The notes beneath the pieces were generated by a model. It was given only the letters and a program-made list of their open reading frames with translations. It was not told the DNA's origin and made no database searches. The position numbers were made by a program, and so were the translations under genes. A stretch of DNA of 9,522 nt. It comes from Candidatus Baldrarchaeum yapensis. GTDB taxonomy: Archaea; Asgardarchaeota; Baldrarchaeia; Baldrarchaeales; Baldrarchaeaceae. The DNA lies in the NCBI GenBank assembly GCA_016840465.1, contig JAEOSH010000070.1, positions 1-9,522 of the forward strand. The letters run 5' to 3'. Of this stretch, positions 1 through 6,484 are shown in pieces (position 1 is the first letter of the stretch; every line of letters begins with the position of its first letter).

Positions 1-617
1 CTCTCCTCCAATAGCGATAGTATTTTTTCGTAATCTTCTCTTCCCGCTATACATCCTTGGTTTCTCGCATGGATGTGTGCCCAATCTATCACAGGGACTG
101 TTCGTGGGATCTCCTCGCACATGTTGATGACTTCTTCTAAAGTTCCGAGTTGTGACGTTTTACCGGTGGTCTCCGGACCGAGTAGTACGTCTGTTATACC
201 TTCGCGCTCGGCATTTTCGAGGACTTCTTTAAGGGCATCTATGCACATTTTAAGCGCCTCTTCTGGATTCTTTTCACCGTAATACCCTGGGTGGAACACC
301 ACCAGACGCGCGCCCATCCAGTGTGCCGCCTTTAGCGCATCGAACAACCTTTTCTTTGACTGTTCATATGTTGTCTTTTTATCAGAAGATAAATTTATGT
401 AGTACGGAGCATGTAGTGACAGAAGGACGTCGCATTTTTTCGCATTTTCGCCTAATATTCTTGCTTTCTCTTCTTTTATCCTTACCCCTCTCACCGCCTG
501 GTATTCGTAAGCGTCTAGGCCCTTTTCTATGAGGAAGAAGGGAACTTCCTCAGTTGGTCCTTTATATCCAATGGGGTTTCCGGCGGTGCCGAACCTGGGC
601 CTAGAAGTCATACTCAT
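1..617 (-). CDS. nfo: Endonuclease IV (AP endonuclease family 2, TIM barrel); C-terminal part runs off the window, so it is absent from the ORF track
   Basis: Manual translation from ATG 617 (or ATG 611, better spaced from GAGGGT at 618-623) is open to base 3. It reads MSMTSRPRFGTAG...GLDAYEYQAVRGV...LSLHAPYYINLSS...AAHWMGARLVVFHPGYYG...LGPETTGKTSQLGTLEEV...VIDWAHIHAR. HAPYYINL, VFHPG, ETTGK and DWAH match the metal-binding motifs of archaeal endonuclease IV. Confidence 0.93.
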   Translation of the reverse strand, partial: MSMTSRPRFGTAGNPIGYKGPTEEVPFFLIEKGLDAYEYQAVRGVRIKEEKARILGENAKKCDVLLSLHAPYYINLSSDKKTTYEQSKKRLFDALKAAHWMGARLVVFHPGYYGEKNPEEALKMCIDALKEVLENAEREGITDVLLGPETTGKTSQLGTLEEVINMCEEIPRTVPVIDWAHIHARNQGCIAGREDYEKILSLLEE

Positions 618-621
618 ACCC

Positions 622-1449
622 TCAGATGAAAAGGGGTATTACTTGGTAGAGCACGTGTGAACATATGCATGGAAGGATTCTCCTATTTCTTAACTGATAT
701 AGGAGGCCGAGTAGCAGGTTTTCTATGAACATTGGTAGGAAAAGCCATAAAGCGTATGTGTACGAGAAGATTATAAACATAAGTGTTACGAGGAGGGAGG
801 AGAGCAGTAGCCCTTTTCTTTTCCCGCTGCTGTTTTCAAGTCCCTGCTGAATGAGTACACGTGCGAAGAACTCCTCTGAAATTGGTGTTATTAGGCCGGT
901 GCTTACCAAGAAAAGCGCGTAATCTTCAGGTTTTGCCGTCTTAAAAACTGTTTCCACGAATTCATAGAGAGGATACGGTGGTAATAATGTATCCTCCACC
1001 GTATAAATGACCCAAACGACCGCGATTAGAATCCCCGCCCAAACGATGCCGATGAGGATATCCGAAAGTAATGAGCGAGAGTCCTCATAGGATACTCCGA
1101 GCTCCTCCTTTTTGTTAATGTACCATGCTACTGGGATCAGCAGAACCGCCTTCGTTGCGGAGATGACAGAAAGAATTGCCAGGTCGGGTAGATCGAGTAC
1201 AAGCGGTCCATATAGTACTATTAGAATGTATGCGCATGAGTTTATGGCGACGAGTAGGAGTAAAAAGCCCAATATTAATGCTTTCAGGGAAGTTTTCCAG
1301 GTTAGGATTTTCGGTTCGACGGGAGTTGGGGGTTTAAACTGAGGGGGAGGAGTTTCTAGTGGCGTGTTGCAGATCGGGCAATACTTTATGGACGGGGCTC
1401 TGATTTCAGCGCCGCATTTTGGGCATATTCTTATTTGATCCGATGTCAC
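622..1449 (-). CDS. Zn-ribbon-fused CPBP family (CAAX protease-like / Abi) multi-pass membrane protein, catalytic motifs partly degenerate
   Basis: GTG start. N-terminal CPKC-x12-CPIC Zn ribbon, Pro-rich linker (ETPPPQFKPPTPVEPK), about 7-8 hydrophobic segments. Motif 1 PISEEFFAR (EExxxR), then GLLLSSLL, LGLLYQ and CSHVLYQ occupy CPBP motif positions. Stop lies 4 nt upstream of the nfo ATG at 617, suggesting co-transcription. Confidence 0.8.
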   Translation of the reverse strand: MTSDQIRICPKCGAEIRAPSIKYCPICNTPLETPPPQFKPPTPVEPKILTWKTSLKALILGFLLLLVAINSCAYILIVLYGPLVLDLPDLAILSVISATKAVLLIPVAWYINKKEELGVSYEDSRSLLSDILIGIVWAGILIAVVWVIYTVEDTLLPPYPLYEFVETVFKTAKPEDYALFLVSTGLITPISEEFFARVLIQQGLENSSGKRKGLLLSSLLVTLMFIIFSYTYALWLFLPMFIENLLLGLLYQLRNRRILPCICSHVLYQVIPLFI

Positions 1450-1562
1450 GCCCGGACCTTCCTAATATTGTTCTCGGTAATTAATATGATGATGTTACAA
1501 GGCATTAAATATTCTTGCACGACTATAGTCCTTGGTCTTATTTCAAATTAACTCTTGGGCTG

Positions 1563-3056
1563 ATGCTATTGAGGGTCACCAATGGCTTCGATGACTTATT
1601 ATGTGCAAAGACGAATTTAGAGATTTTCATTTGCTTAATGTGTGGAAGTATTCTCCGTAGCGGAGATGTTGATGTCAAGAAGAAAATGTACTTCTTATGC
1701 AAGAATTGTAATTCGAAATACGAGCGTTTGGGCGATCTTCCCGCGTGTAAGAGGTGTGGCTCCTCCCGTCTCCTTCTTCTCACAAGATATATAAAAACCT
1801 GCAAGTTTTGTGGATCGGAAAAAATACTTCCGTTATCTCAACTTAAGGCCCTCGTGTTGAAGCGAGCACGGCAGGTAATTGCGGTTGCTAGAGAGGTATT
1901 GAACTCGGTATCATCTCTTGTGCGAAGGTTTGAGAAAATAAAAGGAATTGCGTTGGAGGCGCGGTCTGCTGGTTTTCATCACTTCCCGATAATAGAATTG
2001 AGTTTAAAGAAATTTTCGGATAGATTACGCGATATAAAGTTGCTAATATCTCAGAAACTCCATAGGATACTTAACGACATGCTTGCGTGTGTGGAGTTTT
2101 TGGGGGGGAGTAATGGGGAGAAAATGGTGCTCGCGATGGAAAAGTCGAAAAGTCTAATCGATGAGATCGAGAATATCAAGAACGAGATAAGTAATGTTAA
2201 GGATAAACTGATGGGGGAACTTTTCGAGATTTCGATACCAATATACACGCTATACTATAACAGTCGTCTTTTTAGCAGGTATGGAAGGTTTATCCGTTTG
2301 CAAAACCATGAAAAACCGATATTTGTCCTTGATGGGATTCTAACCACGCGCTCTGACGGCAGAAAGAGTGTCTGTATGGTCATACTGACTAACATGAGGA
2401 TAATTGCACTTCAGATAGATAAGTACTATAAGGTGCCGAGGATATTTTGCGAGTATGAACTTATGTCGATCAAGGGAATGAGAGAGATGGGGGTGCTGAG
2501 AAGGATCCTTCTCCTGAAGTTCAGTAACGGGAGTGTGAAATTTCAGTCATCACCCGAAATTTTGAAATTGTTGCGTGAGTATATGGAAATTGCGCTCAAT
2601 TACGAAAATTATTCGATTAAAGAACCGTATAAGGAAGTATTTGACAAGATCACGGTATCTATCGAAGATTTGGACAAGATGATTGTCGAATTTGAAGAGA
2701 AGTTGAGAAATGCGCAGAAAGTGGGCACTAAGGAATCGAAAACAAAACACGATCGAATGGATACTAGCCGCGCAAAAACGAACCTAGTAAGAGAAGTTAA
2801 TGGGCGGAAGTCCTATCTGGAAATGCGGAAGAAGGAGTTAATATCACTACTGGAAGAACTGGAGCGAAAGTTCAAAGAGGGAATAATTTCTGTGGAGGAC
2901 TATTTCAGATACTATCGTACATGGATGGGGGAACTCTACTCCATAAATGCGCAACTTGGCGAATCGGACAAAACGTCGGAAGATAGTATGCATGGAAACT
3001 TAAATATTGTTTCTGAGAACAAGAAAGTGGGTAGTAATGAAGCAGACGACAAGTGA
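1563..3056 (+). CDS. Multidomain protein: four CxxC Zn-ribbon half-sites, long helical region, PH/GRAM-like domain, coiled coil, C-terminal steadiness-box (ESCRT-I headpiece-like) hairpin
   Basis: Open frame 1515-3056; start uncertain (TTG 1515, ATG 1563, see findings). CLMC, CKNC, CKRC, CKFC at 1602-1810. EKPIF...VILTNMRIIAL...YELMSIKGM...ILLLKFSNGSVKF at ~2307-2600 resembles PH/GRAM-like folds. LEELERKFKEGIISVEDYFRYY at 2808-2957 matches the steadiness box of the Vps23-like gene in this window. Confidence 0.75.
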   Translation: MLLRVTNGFDDLLCAKTNLEIFICLMCGSILRSGDVDVKKKMYFLCKNCNSKYERLGDLPACKRCGSSRLLLLTRYIKTCKFCGSEKILPLSQLKALVLKRARQVIAVAREVLNSVSSLVRRFEKIKGIALEARSAGFHHFPIIELSLKKFSDRLRDIKLLISQKLHRILNDMLACVEFLGGSNGEKMVLAMEKSKSLIDEIENIKNEISNVKDKLMGELFEISIPIYTLYYNSRLFSRYGRFIRLQNHEKPIFVLDGILTTRSDGRKSVCMVILTNMRIIALQIDKYYKVPRIFCEYELMSIKGMREMGVLRRILLLKFSNGSVKFQSSPEILKLLREYMEIALNYENYSIKEPYKEVFDKITVSIEDLDKMIVEFEEKLRNAQKVGTKESKTKHDRMDTSRAKTNLVREVNGRKSYLEMRKKELISLLEELERKFKEGIISVEDYFRYYRTWMGELYSINAQLGESDKTSEDSMHGNLNIVSENKKVGSNEADDK

Positions 3057-3297
3057 GATAAAGGAGATTTTTAACTCAATAGAGCAGTCACTTATCGAGG
3101 GCTGGAATTTTCTCTTAACAGTAGGAACATATGCGGCTCTTTTTACAATGGGAATAGGCGCAATACTCTGGTTTTCCGGATTTGATACTGTAAAGGGTAA
3201 GAGAATGTTGCTCGGCGGGGTAATTTTATGCGCGGTAGTTCGCATCCTTGCAACAATTTCGCCAAGAGAACTGATCCAGGCAGTTTTAGGAAAGTAG
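3037..3297 (+). CDS. Small two-TM membrane protein (~86 aa), VirB2/TrbC-pilin-like layout, function unknown
   Basis: ATG 3037 follows GTGGGT and overlaps the upstream stop by 20 nt. An amphipathic N-terminal helix is followed by TM1 (FLLTVGTYAALFTMGIGAILWFSG), a short basic loop (FDTVKGKRM) and TM2 (LLGGVILCAVVRILA). Confidence 0.72.
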   Translation: MKQTTSEIKEIFNSIEQSLIEGWNFLLTVGTYAALFTMGIGAILWFSGFDTVKGKRMLLGGVILCAVVRILATISPRELIQAVLGK

Positions 3298-3310
3298 CAG
3301 AATACGAATA

Positions 3311-3934
3311 CTAAGGCACATGTATTTGTATAACAGACTTCTTCTTAATCCATCTAGCCTTACCCCTCTTGACAAGTATCTCGAACAACGTTAATACTTC
3401 GTCAAGCGGCATCTTCCTTAGTTCCTCGGGGCCCTCGGAGATAATAGTAAGTGGCGTCATCTCCAGCATGCCGTTCCTGATAGCATAATCGTATAACTCG
3501 TCAGCAAACTCCTCTAGGCTCTTCCAGAAAATTCTGATAGAAGTCTCACCGCGCCAGCGCGCGACACCGCTCTCCACCAAATACGCGAATATTTCCTTCA
3601 GATCCTCGCCACCTAACTTCGAAAACGGATACACCTTGGAGATCTTAGATATCGACAGCACATGCTCAAAGTGCGCCGCTGCCCACTTTACTAATAGATC
3701 TCCCCAGCTTTTGAGCCACGATTTGAGGTACATCTCTTGCTTTGGCCTAATGTACATCCACGGATACTCAACCCACTCTGGTAGTGCAAACTCGGTGCCT
3801 CTCTCCTCATGGATCCTTTCCGAAACTTTAACTCTTTGCACTTCGGCAACTTTAATATCAAGTTTACTCTCTTCATCTATCTCTTCTGTTTCTTCCTTTT
3901 TCTTCCCGCGAACCTTTTCTCTCTCGATATTCAT
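3311..3934 (-). CDS. vps25: ESCRT-II subunit Vps25-like (tandem winged helix) with a charged N-terminal extension
   Basis: LPEWVEYPWMYIRP...KSWGDLLVKW parallels the eukaryotic Vps25 N-terminus (WPWQYxFPPFFTLQP...AWCSLVL). WKSLEEFADELYDY...LFEILVKRGKARWI parallels its second WH domain. Preferred start is ATG 3934, 7 nt after GAGGT that overlaps the vps4 stop; the ORF track extends to 3985. Confidence 0.88.
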   Translation of the reverse strand: MNIEREKVRGKKKEETEEIDEESKLDIKVAEVQRVKVSERIHEERGTEFALPEWVEYPWMYIRPKQEMYLKSWLKSWGDLLVKWAAAHFEHVLSISKISKVYPFSKLGGEDLKEIFAYLVESGVARWRGETSIRIFWKSLEEFADELYDYAIRNGMLEMTPLTIISEGPEELRKMPLDEVLTLFEILVKRGKARWIKKKSVIQIHVP

Positions 3935-3944
3935 CCCCCAAACC

Positions 3945-5090
3945 TCATGCAGAATATGCTCTCGCCCAATCTTCATATTTGGCAATTTCTTCCTTCGATA
4001 TCGATGGCTTTATTCTCTTAAGTGCCTCTAGAAAATCATCCATCGTAATGGGACGAATTTTCTCTGTCTTCAAAAGAAGTCCCTGCTCGTCGAGTTCCCT
4101 AATAGGGATCATCGCAGCCTCCCTGCATACTAAGGCAATATCCGCACCACTATACCCATCGGTTAATTCTGCAAGTTTGTCAAAATCAACTGAAGGATCG
4201 AGATCTAGACCACGTGTGTGAATCTTAAATATCTGAACCCTGGCATACTTATCGGGAGGCGGCACGTATATCCTACGCTCAAACCTCCTTCTCATTGCGG
4301 GATCTATCTCCCAAGGCCTGTTCGTTGCACCTATGACCACTATTCTTTCATCGGACTCCGACTTCAACCCATCCATCTCCAATAAAAACTGGGTCTTCAA
4401 CCTACGCTCCCCACCTATCTCGTCCTCCCTCCTCACGCTCGCAATAGAGTCTACCTCATCGATGAATATTATTGCCGGTTGCCTCTCCCTCGCTAAGGTG
4501 AACAACGTCTTAACAAGTTTTTCAGACTCCCCTAACCACTTAGACACGAGAGTTGCAGCATCCACGTTGAAAAATGTAGCATTGCACTCGGCGGCTACAG
4601 CCTTTGCCAGTAATGTCTTTCCACAACCGGGTGGGCCAAAAAGTAGTATTCCCTTCCACGGCCTCCTCGCGCCCTTGAATAGATCGGGACGTAGCATCGG
4701 AATTATTATCGCCTCCCTCAGAATGCCCTTCGCCTCTTCGAGATCTGCAATGTCATTAAAGGAAATCAACGGGCGCTCAGTTACTATTGCGGATTCTATG
4801 ATCTCAGAAAGCTGTTTCAAATCTTCTGGCAGTTCACTTGCCTTCTTTTCGGGTACTGGCATCCTTCTGGATACGTACCTCCTGAGTTCCTTGCAACGCT
4901 CTATATACTCTTGCGCGCGCTGATAATAGAGCGCCCTCAACTTGCGATTTTCTGTCAACTTTGCAAGTTGAAGTAACGTTTCCGCGGCCTTGAGGTAATA
5001 CTTGATCGACGCCTCATAATCTCCTTTCCGGTCGAGTTTTATTGCCATCTTCGCAAAATAAGACGCATAGTTTAGTAACTGGGCGCCCAT
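3945..5090 (-). CDS. vps4: Vps4 AAA+ ATPase with N-terminal MIT domain (ESCRT-III disassembly)
   Basis: MIT three-helix pattern (AIKLDRKGDYEASIKYY...QEYIERCKEL), Walker A GPPGCGKT, pore loop SKWLGESEK, Walker B IIFIDEVD, sensor 1 GATNRPW, Arg finger AMRRRFERR, C-terminal helix SISKEEIAKYEDW. Start placed at ATG 5090 because the track start (5150) lies inside the TATA box. Confidence 0.96.
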   Translation of the reverse strand: MGAQLLNYASYFAKMAIKLDRKGDYEASIKYYLKAAETLLQLAKLTENRKLRALYYQRAQEYIERCKELRRYVSRRMPVPEKKASELPEDLKQLSEIIESAIVTERPLISFNDIADLEEAKGILREAIIIPMLRPDLFKGARRPWKGILLFGPPGCGKTLLAKAVAAECNATFFNVDAATLVSKWLGESEKLVKTLFTLARERQPAIIFIDEVDSIASVRREDEIGGERRLKTQFLLEMDGLKSESDERIVVIGATNRPWEIDPAMRRRFERRIYVPPPDKYARVQIFKIHTRGLDLDPSVDFDKLAELTDGYSGADIALVCREAAMIPIRELDEQGLLLKTEKIRPITMDDFLEALKRIKPSISKEEIAKYEDWARAYSA

Positions 5091-5142
5091 ATCTCTTCTC
5101 TCCGAGAAAATTTGCAATATACCCGTGTTTAATTCCGCAATA

Positions 5143-5163
5143 GTAAACATATAAAGATTTTAC
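5143..5163. promoter_or_regulatory. Archaeal BRE-TATA element in the divergent vps4 / ESCRT-III intergenic region
   Basis: The - strand reads GTAAAATC-TTTATATG (purine-rich BRE-like stretch then TTTATA). The + strand reads GTAAAC-ATATAAAG at 5149-5156. It lies ~40 nt from GTG 5195 and ~60 nt from ATG 5090. Confidence 0.6.
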
Positions 5164-5194
5164 TTGTGTTAGTATTTTTCGGAAGGAGGCATCC

Positions 5195-5818
5195 GTGGTG
5201 CCCCTCTCAGATGCCATGAGGAAGTTCATAAGATGGCTTAAAGGCGTACCTAGTACTAGGAACCTATCGACACAATTGCACATTTTGTCAAAGAAACTCG
5301 AATTTCAAAGAAGAAAATTCGAGAGTGAGGCATACAAGTGCAGAGAAAAGGCCAAAAAGTACCGTATGGAGGGGGATTACGAAGCTGCAAAAACCTACGC
5401 AGAATACTACCTCAGGTACAAAAAATGGGCTCTCGGACTGGATATGTACCGACTACGCATGGATATGATCCTCGCAAAACTGCAACAGAGCCAGGCATTG
5501 GCAGATCTCGCCCAGATAATGCAAGATCTCAAGTACATACTGATGGGAGTAAAGGACTTGGTCAGTGCAACTGGCATCGCCGAAACGATTAGCGACGTTG
5601 AGAGAATAATGGGAGAGATAGATGTCGCGGCGGAAGTGGCAGGGAATAGCATAGAGAGAATCAGCGTGGATACAAAGGTGTCCCCCGATGAGGTGAATAA
5701 AGTACTTGCTGAAATAGACCAGGAGTTGGGTATAGAGACCGGAATGGCTCTCCCAGAGCCCGGAAAGAAAATAGAAGAATTAGAAAAGGAGATAAAGAAA
5801 CTTAAGGAAGAATTTTAA
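5195..5818 (+). CDS. ESCRT-III subunit, Vps2/Vps24/Vps46 class
   Basis: GTG start 5 nt after GGAGG (5185-5189). Basic helical hairpin (KKLEFQRRKFESEAYKCREKAKKYRMEGDYEAAKTYA...YLRYKK), acidic C-terminal half, VNKVLAEIDQELGIE...LP, and a terminal MIM1-like helix EELEKEIKKLK. Confidence 0.88.
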   Translation: MVPLSDAMRKFIRWLKGVPSTRNLSTQLHILSKKLEFQRRKFESEAYKCREKAKKYRMEGDYEAAKTYAEYYLRYKKWALGLDMYRLRMDMILAKLQQSQALADLAQIMQDLKYILMGVKDLVSATGIAETISDVERIMGEIDVAAEVAGNSIERISVDTKVSPDEVNKVLAEIDQELGIETGMALPEPGKKIEELEKEIKKLKEEF

Positions 5819-5831
5819 GGAGTTGATGTAA

Positions 5832-6470
5832 ATGTCGTTCCTTAAGAGATTAAAGGGAGCCCTTACGGGAGGATCAAAAAAGAACATTGACCGCACGATC
5901 GCCGAACTAATGTCCGTTATCAACGTTTTGCAACTCCGAACCAAAGAACTGGAAAGACGAGCAATGGCGAGCAGAGAAAAGGCAAAGGAGTTCATAAGGG
6001 CAGGAAATAAGGTGCTTGCTCGTCATCACCTAAAGCGTTATGTGCGCTACTCAAAATATCTGGAACGGTACTATAAGTTTGCCGCAAACTTAGAGGATAC
6101 GATCATGGAGATAAAAACAGCCCAAGATGTTGTGCAACTCGAAAGAGCACTAGAAAAGGCATCTAACATCCTAGAAAAGACGAAAACATTTGTATCTCGG
6201 GAAAAGGCATTTGAGACCATGGGTAGGGTTCAAGGACTCTTTGAAGAAATAGAAACTGCCTCCGAAATCCTCAGTGGAGACATAGAAATACCAGGAGAGG
6301 AAGAGGAGGTTGAAAAGGAGTACGAAAAATTGCTAACCGAGATCACGCTCGAGGCAGAAGCTGAACTCCCACGGGTGGCAACCGCGGAAAAAGAAGTTGC
6401 CGTAGAAGATGAACTAAAAAAGGAAGTCGAGAAACTAAAGAAGGAGGAGGAAGAGAAAGAGAAGGAATGA
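5832..6470 (+). CDS. ESCRT-III subunit, Vps20/Vps32(Snf7)/Vps60 class
   Basis: ATG after AAGGAG. Amphipathic N-terminus MSFLKRLKG, TIAEL...LERR...AKEFIRAGNKVLARHHLKR...LEDTIMEIKTAQ (Snf7 pattern), acidic tail with EEEEVEKEYEKL, LPRV and a terminal helix DELKKEVEKLKK. Confidence 0.9.
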   Translation: MSFLKRLKGALTGGSKKNIDRTIAELMSVINVLQLRTKELERRAMASREKAKEFIRAGNKVLARHHLKRYVRYSKYLERYYKFAANLEDTIMEIKTAQDVVQLERALEKASNILEKTKTFVSREKAFETMGRVQGLFEEIETASEILSGDIEIPGEEEEVEKEYEKLLTEITLEAEAELPRVATAEKEVAVEDELKKEVEKLKKEEEEKEKE

Positions 6471-6484
6471 AAGGGGGATGACAA

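Noticed and set aside
300-345. Possible frameshift within nfo near the A-tracts
   Set aside because: Careful re-reading gives a continuous frame (KKRLFDALKAAHWMGARLVVFHPG).
73-532. Two 69-aa + strand ORFs
   Set aside because: Antisense to the endonuclease IV gene that the ORF track missed.
1521-1530. Perfect 10-bp palindrome GACTATAGTC in the divergent intergenic region
   Set aside because: Single short instance, not repeated elsewhere that I could see. It is plausible by chance, so not claimed as an operator.
3636-4221. ORFs 3636-4031, 3691-3876, 3809-4021 and 3979-4221
   Set aside because: All lie within or antisense to vps25/vps4, which are well supported. No independent SD or domain signal.
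4333-4923. 196-aa + strand ORF
   Set aside because: Antisense shadow of vps4, Ser-rich as expected from the reverse of Glu/Arg/Lys codons, with no motifs.
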